64,000 nucleotides of DNA from an uncultured Clostridia bacterium (GTDB lineage Bacteria > Bacillota > Clostridia > TANB77 > CAG-508): contig CAUWGC010000004.1 of assembly GCA_963558405.1 (NCBI GenBank), positions 26,395-90,394 on the forward strand. The letters run 5' to 3'. The notes beneath the pieces are model-generated. The model searched no databases and had not been told where the DNA came from. It worked only from the letters and a program-made list of their open reading frames with translations. Below, piece by piece: positions 1-9,426 of this stretch. The translations under genes and the position numbers were made by a program. How positions within the stretch are numbered: position 1 is the stretch's first letter; each line of letters starts with the position of its first letter.

Positions 1-6
1 CTTGCA

Positions 7-786
7 ATGTACTTAGAAGAATTAAAAGATGAAAAACTAATTGTAGAAATTCCAAAAAGAAATATGTTTGGTGAAGTAATTAATGGAGATAAAAATGCTA
101 CATCAGAACAAATAAAAGCAACAAAAGAATTTAACAAGGCATTAAATAATATAATAGAAGGAACATCAAGAAAAAATGTACAAAAAGCAGTATCTAAATA
201 CTTTTTAGAAACAACAGCAAAAACTTTAACACTAAAAGATGTACAAGGTATAGCACAAGGTTTAGAAAATATAAAAGTAACAGAGGAATTTGGTGCGAAC
301 TTTAAATCAACACTAAAGTTAGAAATTATGAATTCGGCATTATCTTCTAACGAGTTGTCAGATGATAAAACAAGGATAACAATAGATAAAAAATTAAAAA
401 CACAAATAAAAAATGAAGCAAAAAATGCTAGAAAACACTATAAAGAAATAAAGCCAGATAATTTAACAAAAAAAGAAGAAAAAGCACAAGAAAATGAACA
501 CATTTACGAAGCCTTAGACAAAAAGATAGATGATGAGGTAATAGATAATGTACTAGAAAAAATGAGTGTAGAAGACTTAACAAGAGTAATACATAAAACA
601 ATACTACAAAAAGATAGTATAAAACAGGTAAATACAAGACCAGAATTTACACCAGTACTAGAAAAATTACAAGAATTAAATACACTTAACGAAGAAACAA
701 AATATAACACAGGAGATGCAATTTATAATATTGACGATATAGTAAAACAAATGAAATCAGAGCTTACTAAAAAGGACGTTTTTTAA
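7..786 (+). CDS. hypothetical Lys/Glu-rich soluble protein; frame is open to the window edge so may be 5'-partial
   Basis: Uninterrupted 259-aa ORF with no stop between nt 1 and the first ATG. There are no recognisable catalytic motifs. The composition is coiled-coil-like. Confidence 0.35.
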   Translation: MYLEELKDEKLIVEIPKRNMFGEVINGDKNATSEQIKATKEFNKALNNIIEGTSRKNVQKAVSKYFLETTAKTLTLKDVQGIAQGLENIKVTEEFGANFKSTLKLEIMNSALSSNELSDDKTRITIDKKLKTQIKNEAKNARKHYKEIKPDNLTKKEEKAQENEHIYEALDKKIDDEVIDNVLEKMSVEDLTRVIHKTILQKDSIKQVNTRPEFTPVLEKLQELNTLNEETKYNTGDAIYNIDDIVKQMKSELTKKDVF

Positions 787-802
787 AGATAGGAGTAGAG
801 AA

Positions 803-1702
803 ATGAAAGGAATAAAAATAAAGCAAAATAAAATAATAATCCTAATAATATTAATTATATTATCTTTTAATTTCATAATAGGCTCAAATGTGTATGCAGT
901 AGATGCTGAAGATGGAGGAACAAGTCAAACAGGAGAAAGCTCATCAACAGGAATAAAGGAAGACCTAGAAGAAGGAAACAAAATGTTTGAAGGGGATAAT
1001 TTTTTAACCACACTTTTAGAAGGAATAGTAGGACTTTTATTATGGCCACTTAGACTTTTGATTGTTATTGTTGGAAAGTTAATGCAATTAATAGCAACAG
1101 CAATAGCTTCTATTACAGGTCAGGAATTTGAAATTGTAACAATTGAAGATATTTTATTTAATAATTTAGCAATTACGGACATAAATTTTTTTGACATAAA
1201 TGGTGCTGGTGGAGCATTACAAATTTTAAGAAAACTTATAGCAGGTTGGTATTACACATTAAGAAATTTATCTGTAGTAATATTACTTTGTGTATTAGTA
1301 TATTTAGGAATTAGAATGGCAATTTCAACAGTTGCATCAGAAAAAGCAATTTACAAAAAAATGCTAGTAGATTGGATGGTAAGTTTTGCTATTATATTTT
1401 TAATCCACTATATTATATTAATTACGATAAATATAAACAATGGATTAGTAGATATTATATCAAATGCACAAAGTTCACAATTGGAACAAAGTGGTGCACA
1501 ATATAAAACGTATATGGATGAACTTGTAAATATGGCATTACAACCACTTTCTGTATTTGAAGGCTTTGGACGGTGCTATTATGTATATTATGTTATGTAC
1601 AGCTGTATTTGGATATCTATTTGTATATATAAAACGTATGATAACAATAGGATTCCTTATTTTAATAGCACCAATTATTACAATAACATATTCTGTAGAT
1701 AA
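803..1702 (+). CDS. secreted/polytopic membrane protein, N-terminal portion (TrbL/VirB6-like topology, tentative)
   Basis: A good RBS (aggagtagagaa) precedes the ATG. The N-terminal signal/anchor is followed by at least 5 hydrophobic helices. The last ~45 codons read as frame-junk ([12 protein letters not shown]). The neighbouring frame (1530 onward) continues as membrane-protein-like sequence. Confidence 0.4.
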   Translation: MKGIKIKQNKIIILIILIILSFNFIIGSNVYAVDAEDGGTSQTGESSSTGIKEDLEEGNKMFEGDNFLTTLLEGIVGLLLWPLRLLIVIVGKLMQLIATAIASITGQEFEIVTIEDILFNNLAITDINFFDINGAGGALQILRKLIAGWYYTLRNLSVVILLCVLVYLGIRMAISTVASEKAIYKKMLVDWMVSFAIIFLIHYIILITININNGLVDIISNAQSSQLEQSGAQYKTYMDELVNMALQPLSVFEGFGRCYYVYYVMYSCIWISICIYKTYDNNRIPYFNSTNYYNNIFCR

Positions 1703-2918
1703 AATAAAAGATAGTAAGAGCCAAGCATTAGATACATGGGTAAAAGAATTTGTATTTAATGTACTGGTACAGCCATTTGATTGTTTGGTATATGTAATAT
1801 TTGTTTCAAGTGCAATGAGTATTACTGGACAGGGAATTGGAGGACTTGTACTTGCAATCATAATGCTTACTTTTAGAAGACAAGCAATGGATATTGTAAA
1901 ATCAATGTTTGGAATAAATAATGCAAGTTCATTAGGAAAAGAGATAGTAGGTACAGCAGCAGCAATGACAGTTATGAAATCTGTTGGTAACATGGCAGGA
2001 GGAAAAGCTAAACAAAAATTAACAGCATCTGGTAGCAAAATGCCAAATATGAAAAATAGTCAAGCAAATTATCAAGCAGAAATAGATAAAAATAGAAATA
2101 TCGGAAGCGGAAATGGAAATGGAAGTGGAAATGGAAGTGGAAATGGAAATGGAAATGGAAATGGAAATGGAAGTGGAAGTGGAAATGGAAGTGGAAATGG
2201 AAGTGGAAGTGGAAATGGAAATGGAAGTGGAAGTGGAAATGGAAATGGAAGTGGAAATGGAAGTGGAAGTGGAAGTGGAAGTGGAAGCGGAAGCGGAAGC
2301 GGAAGCGGAAATGGAAGTGGAAATGGAAGTGGAAATGGAAGTGGAAATGGAAGTGGAAATGGAAATAATAAACAAGATGTTCCAGACCCAACAAAGAAAA
2401 ATGTTCTTGATACAGTAAAAAATGTAGGAGGTAAATATTGGAACGCTAATATGATAGCAGCAGGTACAATATTAGGAGCAGCAATGGGATTTGCACAAGG
2501 TGATTTATCACAAGGGTTTACTGGTGGTGTTATAGGATATCATGGACAAAAAGCAGCTAGAATAGCAGCAAGTAATGCAATATTAAAAAGTAAATTAAAA
2601 ACAAATGAAAGTGCATTTGTAGACAAATATGATAAATACCAAGTGGAAAATGGATTTACCTCTGAAGAGATGGAACAAAGAACACAAGCTTTATTAGATA
2701 TGGATAGAGACCAAATATTAAAATCAGAAAAACTAGATGATAAGACAAAAGAATATGGCTTAGCAGTACATGATATGAGAGGCACATATGAAGCCCTTGG
2801 AATGAAACAAAAAGAAGCAAAAGAAAATGTTAAGACTACAGTTAAAAGAATACAAAATCAAGATGTAAAAGTAAGAAGAAAAGATAAAAAGAAGATAAAA
2901 GGTAGAAGAAGTAAATAA
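1557..2918 (+). CDS. membrane protein continuing the 803 ORF after a frame change (or overlapping gene starting at ATG 1581); contains a (GN/GS)n low-complexity linker and a basic C-terminus
   Basis: The frame is open from 1530. TM helices occupy the first ~120 aa, followed by ~44 Gly-Asn/Gly-Ser dipeptides and a soluble C-terminal domain. The ORF-track start is a TTG. An in-frame ATG lies at 1581. Confidence 0.4.
   Translation: MKALDGAIMYIMLCTAVFGYLFVYIKRMITIGFLILIAPIITITYSVDKIKDSKSQALDTWVKEFVFNVLVQPFDCLVYVIFVSSAMSITGQGIGGLVLAIIMLTFRRQAMDIVKSMFGINNASSLGKEIVGTAAAMTVMKSVGNMAGGKAKQKLTASGSKMPNMKNSQANYQAEIDKNRNIGSGNGNGSGNGSGNGNGNGNGNGSGSGNGSGNGSGSGNGNGSGSGNGNGSGNGSGSGSGSGSGSGSGSGNGSGNGSGNGSGNGSGNGNNKQDVPDPTKKNVLDTVKNVGGKYWNANMIAAGTILGAAMGFAQGDLSQGFTGGVIGYHGQKAARIAASNAILKSKLKTNESAFVDKYDKYQVENGFTSEEMEQRTQALLDMDRDQILKSEKLDDKTKEYGLAVHDMRGTYEALGMKQKEAKENVKTTVKRIQNQDVKVRRKDKKKIKGRRSK
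2101..2364. repeat. coding microsatellite (ggaaat/ggaagt/ggaagc)n, about 44 hexamer-derived units encoding Gly-Asn/Gly-Ser
   Basis: Near-perfect tandem hexanucleotide repeat seen directly in the sequence. Mirror frames give the FHFH.. and MEVE.. artefact ORFs. Confidence 0.95.
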
Positions 2919-2935
2919 AGATAGGTGGTGAATAA

Positions 2936-3322
2936 ATGAATCCGGAAGATTTAAGAAAAATGTCTGATGAAGAATTAGACGATGAAATCAAAAAAACAAG
3001 AAAAGCTAATAAAAAAGCAATTGATGACAAGGACAGAAGTGAAGAAAGAAAAACCTTAGCAACACTAAATATGCTAGAAGATGAAAGATTAGACAGAGAA
3101 AGAAAGAAAAATACATCATCAAAATCAGAAAGATATGAAGAAAAATATGATAATCAAGGAAGAAATAAAAAATCTTCTAGAGAAAAAGAAACATCAAGAA
3201 AAGATGAAACAGATGACTCAAACGAGAAAGACGGAGAAGATATAAATCAAGAGGCTGAATCAGGAGATGGAGATTCAGAAAATAAAAGTGCAGAGGAAAT
3301 AGCAGAAGAAATAAGACGGTAA
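2936..3322 (+). CDS. charged (KE-rich) N-terminal segment, probably the 5' part of the downstream hydrolase gene (frame disruption near 3320)
   Basis: The RBS ggtggtgaataa precedes the ATG. The ORF stops at 3320-3322, exactly where the +1 frame opens (3321) and runs without any start codon for 370 nt into the 3693 ORF. Confidence 0.4.
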   Translation: MNPEDLRKMSDEELDDEIKKTRKANKKAIDDKDRSEERKTLATLNMLEDERLDRERKKNTSSKSERYEEKYDNQGRNKKSSREKETSRKDETDDSNEKDGEDINQEAESGDGDSENKSAEEIAEEIRR

Positions 3323-3692
3323 ATCTTCTCAAAATAAAGAGGAAAAACAAAGTGATTCTGATTCAAAAGATAAAAAATCAGATAAACAAAAACAGCAAGG
3401 TAAAGAATCTTCTGGAAAGGCAGATAATAATTTACCAAAACCAGAAAATAAACAAAGTTTTAATCAGGCAGGAAAAACAGCAGAAAAAACTGCCCAGACA
3501 GCACAAAAAGCGGAAGAAGCAAAAAAAGCCGCAGAAACAGCAGAAACTGCGGCTAAAGCTGCAAAAACGGCAAAGACAGCTAAAACAGCTACAATAATAG
3601 CAGGTACACCAGTAGGATGGATTATTTTAGCAATAATAATTGCAATAATTGCATTTATAGTTTTAGTAGGATTTGTATCTTTTTTTGTTACA

Positions 3693-5822
3693 ATGCCTTC
3701 ACTAGTTAGTGGTCGTTTAGGAGAATTTTGCAATAGTATTTGGAAAAATATAGTAGGTTTTTTTACAATTAATACAGCAGAAACAAGTGTAACAAAAGAA
3801 CAAATTGTAGAAGTTGCAGACTACTTAGAAGAAATGGGGTTTGATTTAGCAGGTTATGGATTTCTAGATGTAAAAGAAGGTGGAAGGTTAACAGCAGAAA
3901 AAGGAGAAAAGCAAGCAGTAAAAATTAAAGATGGAGATAGTGTAGTATTAGAAAAAAATGGAAATGGAGAAATAACGGACATAAATAGTGGATATATTTT
4001 AACATATTTGGCAAATGATAATTTAACATATATGATTGCAAATAATACAGTAACTATTCTTAGTGTTTTAGATTTTGTAACTAATACCGCTACTATGGGA
4101 TATTCTAGAAATGTAATTAGTAAAAATTTTGGACAAGGAATGATAGTTTTAGATGGAACAGGAGAAACAGGTTGGAAAGAATTTAAATTCAATAATTTAG
4201 TAGATGTTAAAATAGATAGAGAAAAGAAAGTAATGGTAGTAGAAAACACGCAAAGTTTATTAGATTATAGTACATATACATATGACTTAGATGGCTGGAC
4301 AGGAGTTTATGGTAAACCATTAGAATTTTTACTAAGTCTTCATTTGGGAACAATGGCACCAGATTTTGCGTATGATGTTGCCACAAACGAAAATATAGAA
4401 ACAAAAGTACATATTCAATTTCATCCAATAATACATAAAGTAGAAGCTTTTACAGACCCAGAAGGTAAAAATAAAGTAGAAGTAGGAGATTATGGAATTA
4501 CAAAAGAAGCTTTAGAAGGATTGGGAGTAAGACAAGATACCGCATATAAACCTTATATTACAAAAGTAGAAAGACATTGGTTAAAAAATTTAGATTTTTC
4601 ACATTGCTATATGTTACTAGGTGAAGAAGAATCAAAAGAATTAATAGGAGAGGATGTATATACATATGAAAGAGAATATCCATCAAATGTAGTAGATGAA
4701 TTTGGAAACCAAATTATGGAAACTGAGACAATAGAAATACCTATATATTTAATAGAAACAAAAACATCAGATTTTGCACAAATAAGAAATCCATTAGAAA
4801 TAGATAATTCAAAATATATTAGAGAAATGTTAACAAAAACACCATATTATATTTATGATGGTACAGGTTCTTCAGAAGAAAAAGAAATATTAGTAGATGA
4901 TAAAACAGGAATATTAAAAGATGCAAATAGTAAAAGATTTCTATATGCAATATCTATATTAGAAAATGTAGATTCAAAAGATGCAAAAAAAATTTTAAAA
5001 ATGTTAAAAGAATTATTAAACGATTATGGTGGAGAATTTGATATGAGTGATGATAGTATATCAGATTCTGAAACAGGTCAAATAACAGAAGAAATAGAAG
5101 AAGCAGTACCAGGATATGACGAGGAAAAAGAAGGACAAGATGTACTTTCACCATATACAGGAAAAATTACAAGTATTTCATCTAATAGTATTGTTATAGA
5201 AGCAGGAATTGGAACAAATGCAGTAAAATGGGAAATTTCTGGATTTAAAGTAGACAGTTCTTTACAAAAAGGAACAATTACTAAAGGAGATAAAATTGGT
5301 ACAACAATAAAAGGTCAAAAATTAAGAATTGTGAAGAAAAACAGTACAGGAGATACTGTTGGAGATGTTACACAAGGAGAAGTAAAACCAGGAAATTTAA
5401 CAGAAAATAGTGATAGTACAAAAATGAAAAAATTGACAACTATTAGCGAATTAGAAAAAGCATTAAAAAATTATGGTGGACCACTTGCAACAATGGCAGA
5501 TGAATTATTAAAAATACAAAATGAAACAGGAGTAAATGCATTATTAATTGCAGGAATATCCATAAATGAATCTAGTGGTGGAAAAAGTGAACCTGCAAAA
5601 GCTACAAATAACTGGACTGGAAATATAAGTCAAAGTAGTGGAAAGTTAATAGTGTATGATTCTGTAGAGGATTGTTTAAGAGCAACAGCAAATAATTTAA
5701 AAAATAATTATTTTGGAGATGGAATAAAAACATTTAAAGAAATAGGAAATAGATACGACCCATCTAATCCGGACTATGGAAAGATATTAGCATCTAACAT
5801 TAATCATTATTTTGCAATTTAG
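3693..5822 (+). CDS. membrane-anchored cell-wall hydrolase with C-terminal mannosyl-glycoprotein endo-beta-N-acetylglucosaminidase (FlgJ/Lyz2-like) domain
   Basis: The C-terminus carries NALLIAGISINESSGGKS...NNWTGN...YDPSNPDYGKILASNINHY, resembling the glucosaminidase family signature. The upstream in-frame extension (3321-3692) encodes an Ala/Lys/Thr-rich linker plus one TM helix with no start codon, so the true gene likely begins at 2936. Confidence 0.55.
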   Translation: MPSLVSGRLGEFCNSIWKNIVGFFTINTAETSVTKEQIVEVADYLEEMGFDLAGYGFLDVKEGGRLTAEKGEKQAVKIKDGDSVVLEKNGNGEITDINSGYILTYLANDNLTYMIANNTVTILSVLDFVTNTATMGYSRNVISKNFGQGMIVLDGTGETGWKEFKFNNLVDVKIDREKKVMVVENTQSLLDYSTYTYDLDGWTGVYGKPLEFLLSLHLGTMAPDFAYDVATNENIETKVHIQFHPIIHKVEAFTDPEGKNKVEVGDYGITKEALEGLGVRQDTAYKPYITKVERHWLKNLDFSHCYMLLGEEESKELIGEDVYTYEREYPSNVVDEFGNQIMETETIEIPIYLIETKTSDFAQIRNPLEIDNSKYIREMLTKTPYYIYDGTGSSEEKEILVDDKTGILKDANSKRFLYAISILENVDSKDAKKILKMLKELLNDYGGEFDMSDDSISDSETGQITEEIEEAVPGYDEEKEGQDVLSPYTGKITSISSNSIVIEAGIGTNAVKWEISGFKVDSSLQKGTITKGDKIGTTIKGQKLRIVKKNSTGDTVGDVTQGEVKPGNLTENSDSTKMKKLTTISELEKALKNYGGPLATMADELLKIQNETGVNALLIAGISINESSGGKSEPAKATNNWTGNISQSSGKLIVYDSVEDCLRATANNLKNNYFGDGIKTFKEIGNRYDPSNPDYGKILASNINHYFAI

Positions 5823-5831
5823 GAGGAAGAT

Positions 5832-6404
5832 ATGAAGAAAAATAAAAATTATGAACAAGAATTACAAAAAAGTAAGATAATGCTTCTTATCTTACTCTTA
5901 CTTATTTTTTTAGTAGTAATTATTGTATCATTGCAAAAAGCCATCATTTCACAAAATGAAAACAAAATAGGAAGTAATTTAATTCCAGAAAATATAACAA
6001 TAGAAGAAGGTATGACAGAAGAAGATGTAAAAGAAATTAAAGAAGAAGTTGAACAACTATCAAAAGAATCAGAAACAATAAGGATTAAATATTATCTAAC
6101 CAAATATATAGGATATATAGAAAACGAAGAATATGAAAAAGCATATAATGTTTTGTATCCAGAATTTAAAAAAAATTATTTTCCAGCTTTAGAAAAATAT
6201 ACGGAGTATGTTAAAAGAAAATATACAAGTTTTGTAACAGTAGATTATGAAGATATGCAAAGACAGGGAAATATTTATATTATATATGCAAGAATACAAG
6301 ATTTATCTAACCCAACAAATGAAGAAAAAAATTTTTCACAAAAATTTGTTATTCAAGAGCAAGAAATAAATAAATTTGTTATTTCTTTTGAAGTAGTGGA
6401 ATAG
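5832..6404 (+). CDS. hypothetical N-terminally membrane-anchored protein (paralogue of the next gene)
   Basis: An N-terminal TM helix is followed by a soluble domain. It shares the motif EEYEKAYNVLYPEFKKNYFP with the downstream ORF (EYENAYNMLSTKCKEVVYP). Confidence 0.4.
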   Translation: MKKNKNYEQELQKSKIMLLILLLLIFLVVIIVSLQKAIISQNENKIGSNLIPENITIEEGMTEEDVKEIKEEVEQLSKESETIRIKYYLTKYIGYIENEEYEKAYNVLYPEFKKNYFPALEKYTEYVKRKYTSFVTVDYEDMQRQGNIYIIYARIQDLSNPTNEEKNFSQKFVIQEQEINKFVISFEVVE

Positions 6405-6413
6405 GAGGAAGAA

Positions 6414-7358
6414 ATGTTTACAAACTTAAGAATAAAAATAAGAGAATTCTTTAGAAAGTATAAATACATAATTATATTAGTAATTATTGGTTTTGCTATT
6501 GTTATTACAGTAAATGAATTTTTTAAAGAATATAAAGCACCAGTTATTCCACAAACTTTATATAATCCCAATAAACCAATAATAAGTGAAGGTGAAGAAG
6601 TACCACAAGAAGAACAAGAGCCAATACAAAAATTATTTGATGAATATATATCTTACTGTAATAAAAAAGAGTATGAAAATGCATATAATATGTTAAGCAC
6701 AAAATGTAAGGAAGTAGTATATCCAACAATAGAAGATTACAAGAGGTACATAGATGCAGTATTTGATCAAAAAAAGATATACAATATTCAAAATATGTCA
6801 AATATAGATGAAGCATATATTTATCGTGTTAGGTATTTAAATGATATTTTAGCAACTGGACTTACAGAAGGTGAAGAAGTTTGGTATGATGAAGATATTG
6901 TTACAGTAGTAACAGAAAATGAACAAAAAAAATTAAATATACGTGAATACATAAAAACAGATGAATTAAACCGCGTATATGAAAATGAATACATGAAAAT
7001 AGAAATAGAAGATAGAGATGTACAATACGAAGCAGAAACTTATCATTTAAAGATTTCAAATCGTTCTGAATATATTATTGTGCTATCAGATTTTACAGAA
7101 CCTAATGAAGTAGTAATACAAGCTGGAGGAATGATATCATCTTATGAAAAAGAATATAACAACAAGATGGTAATTAAACCAGGACAAACAGGATATTATA
7201 CTTTAATGTTTGACAAGAGTTATGATTTATCATCAAAAACTCAAAGTATGAAATTTAATAAAGTAAGAATATTAAAATCATATACAGGAAAAGAAGAAAC
7301 AAAAGAAGAGGAATTAAAAAATGCAGAAGCTGTATATAGCTTAGAAATTGATATATAA
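6414..7358 (+). CDS. hypothetical N-terminally membrane-anchored protein
   Basis: RBS aggaggaag. N-terminal TM. Paralogous motif to 5832..6404. Confidence 0.4.
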   Translation: MFTNLRIKIREFFRKYKYIIILVIIGFAIVITVNEFFKEYKAPVIPQTLYNPNKPIISEGEEVPQEEQEPIQKLFDEYISYCNKKEYENAYNMLSTKCKEVVYPTIEDYKRYIDAVFDQKKIYNIQNMSNIDEAYIYRVRYLNDILATGLTEGEEVWYDEDIVTVVTENEQKKLNIREYIKTDELNRVYENEYMKIEIEDRDVQYEAETYHLKISNRSEYIIVLSDFTEPNEVVIQAGGMISSYEKEYNNKMVIKPGQTGYYTLMFDKSYDLSSKTQSMKFNKVRILKSYTGKEETKEEELKNAEAVYSLEIDI

Positions 7359-7372
7359 AGGATTGTGATAAT

Positions 7373-8563
7373 ATGCCAGCAAAAAAAGTAGCAGAAAAAG
7401 AAGTTGGTAAGTTAAAAAGGCCTTCTACAAAAATGGAAAAAGAAAAACTTATTCCAACTGTAATTTATTTAAATAAAAGTAATTGGGGATTTGAAGTATA
7501 TGTAAAAGAAGGGAAATCAGAATTATATAATAAAAATGGAGAACAGATAGGAAAAAAAGAAGAAGATGGAACTATAACATTTAAAAAAGAATTTATAGAT
7601 AAAATAAAAGGAACAAAAAATTCTGAATTACTTAGTATAGATGAAAATATTGAAGCTGGTATAATTCATGTAGAGAAGCCAAAAAAGAAAAAGGAAACAA
7701 CTAAAAAAGAAAAAGACAAAAAGCCAGAAGTAAATGATAAAGAAAAAAATGTAGAAAAATTAGAAGAAGATATGGGACTTCAAAAAGGCGATGTTATAGC
7801 TTGCACTAAAGTAGAAGATTTAGAAGAATTTTGCGATATTGTACCAAGTGCAAGAGAATATACTGCTATTCAATTAGCACACACTAAAAACGGTGAAATT
7901 GCTTTTTATGGATTAAATTTAGATGGAAAATACGAATTAGTAAATGGAACTAATATTGCACAGTCTACAACAAAAACTGTAAACAAAATAGGTAGAGACA
8001 ATAAAAGTATACAAGAAGAAGCAATTACAGGACTAATAACATTAAATGGAGAAAATCATAATGAATATGCGTTTTCTGTAAATTATGATTTTCATGATTT
8101 AGAGTTAAATTTAATAAGATTACAAAGAGAAGCGGATATTTACAAAATTGGATTTGCTCAAGAAATAGAAACAGATATGCAAAGACCATCACATAGAGAA
8201 ATGGATGAAGTTATGAAAGAAGAATATAATCCATATATAGATGATGAAATAGATAGAGAACAAAAGGCTTCTAAAATAAAAGAAAACGTAGAACTTAATG
8301 ATGTAACAGAAAAGACAAATTTTGATGAAACTATGATTAAAAGTAGCATACTTATGGATACAATGGAACAAATAAAAGAAAAAAATATAGGACTTAGTGA
8401 AGTTAGAAGCTTTATAAGAGGACAAGTAATTGCTAGAATGGGGGCTGGATACGAAAGAATAGAGGATTTTACATCTGAAATAAAAGAAGAAATAGATATG
8501 GAGCTAGAACGAGAAGAAGAAGATTTTATTCCACCTTCATATAGAAAAGAAAGAAATTTATAA
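7373..8563 (+). CDS. hypothetical acidic protein
   Basis: 396-aa ORF with RBS. No recognisable motif. Confidence 0.35.
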   Translation: MPAKKVAEKEVGKLKRPSTKMEKEKLIPTVIYLNKSNWGFEVYVKEGKSELYNKNGEQIGKKEEDGTITFKKEFIDKIKGTKNSELLSIDENIEAGIIHVEKPKKKKETTKKEKDKKPEVNDKEKNVEKLEEDMGLQKGDVIACTKVEDLEEFCDIVPSAREYTAIQLAHTKNGEIAFYGLNLDGKYELVNGTNIAQSTTKTVNKIGRDNKSIQEEAITGLITLNGENHNEYAFSVNYDFHDLELNLIRLQREADIYKIGFAQEIETDMQRPSHREMDEVMKEEYNPYIDDEIDREQKASKIKENVELNDVTEKTNFDETMIKSSILMDTMEQIKEKNIGLSEVRSFIRGQVIARMGAGYERIEDFTSEIKEEIDMELEREEEDFIPPSYRKERNL

Positions 8564-8596
8564 AAAAATTGAATAAATTTTCCAAAAATGGGTAAA

Positions 8597-8633
8597 ATAT
8601 ATTTGTAGATATTACTACAAATATATTTTTTTT
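8597..8633 (+). terminator. rho-independent terminator
   Basis: Stem atatatttgta / tacaaatatat with an 8-nt loop, followed by a T7 run. Confidence 0.6.
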
Positions 8634-8649
8634 AGGAGGAATTCAAAAG

Positions 8650-9363
8650 ATGAGAAAAAAAGGTAAGATAATATTAAGTATTGTTATTTTTTTATTAATT
8701 ATTTTTACTAATATTACATATGGAAACCAAGATATTAAGGAAAATTTTGAAGAGGGAATAGTAACTGCTGAGCTGTTAAATATAAGGCAAGGACCAGACG
8801 AAAATCAAAGTATTATAGAAAAGTTACCTAAAAATACAAGTGTTAAAATAATTTCTAAAATAGATGATTGGTATATTGTTCAAACAGAAAGTAAAAAAGT
8901 AGGATGTGCTTTAGCAGAATATATACAAAAAAATACAATGTCAGAACTTGGTACAGAAACTCAAAATGGATTGACACAAATGACAGAAATGGAAACAAAA
9001 ATATTAAATATGATAAATGAAAAAAGAAAAGAAAATAATCTAGTAGAGTTAACTATAGATGATGAACTTCAAAATGTAGCAAGATTAAAAGCTCAAGAAA
9101 TGGTAGAAAAAGAATATTTTTCGCATACTTCTCCAGAATATGGTTCTCCATTTGAAATGATGAGCAAAATGGGAATTAGCTATAAAGTAGCAGGAGAAAA
9201 TATAGCTGGAAATATAAGTGAGGAAGAAGCAGTAAAGGCGTGGATGTCGTCAGAAGGACATAAAGATAACATTTTAGATAATGGATATAATTTTACAGGA
9301 ATAGGAATTGCTAAAAGTCCTAAATATGGAAATGTTTTTGTACAAATGTTTATAGGAAGATAA
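8650..9363 (+). CDS. secreted SH3b + CAP (SCP/PR-1, YkwD-like) domain protein
   Basis: Signal peptide. An SH3_3-like segment (NIRQGPDENQSII...DDWYIV). The C-terminal CAP signature WMSSEGHKDNILDNGYNFTGIGI. Confidence 0.7.
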   Translation: MRKKGKIILSIVIFLLIIFTNITYGNQDIKENFEEGIVTAELLNIRQGPDENQSIIEKLPKNTSVKIISKIDDWYIVQTESKKVGCALAEYIQKNTMSELGTETQNGLTQMTEMETKILNMINEKRKENNLVELTIDDELQNVARLKAQEMVEKEYFSHTSPEYGSPFEMMSKMGISYKVAGENIAGNISEEEAVKAWMSSEGHKDNILDNGYNFTGIGIAKSPKYGNVFVQMFIGR

Positions 9364-9426
9364 AAATATAATTAAATTGTAATAAAATCACCTTTTATAA
9401 ATATAATATAAAAGGTGATTCTTTAT

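Noticed and set aside
2101-2364. Possible CRISPR array
   Set aside because: The units are 6 nt, contiguous, coding and without spacers. It is a microsatellite, not a CRISPR array. No cas genes are present in the window.
2008-2418. Three repeat-rich ORFs (FHFH..., STSIST..., MEVEME...) overlapping the GN/GS array
   Set aside because: They are alternative-frame and antisense readings of the same hexanucleotide microsatellite. Only the GNGS frame is embedded in a long coherent ORF.
3464-3733. 89-aa minus-strand ORF rich in Ala/Val
   Set aside because: It is antisense to the AKT-rich linker and TM segment of the hydrolase gene. It is a composition artefact with no RBS.
1-8563. Prophage call for the left-hand module
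   Set aside because: No capsid, terminase, portal or integrase signatures are present in the window. A hydrolase plus a polytopic membrane protein alone cannot discriminate phage tail from conjugative T4SS, so only a generic mobile-module statement is made.
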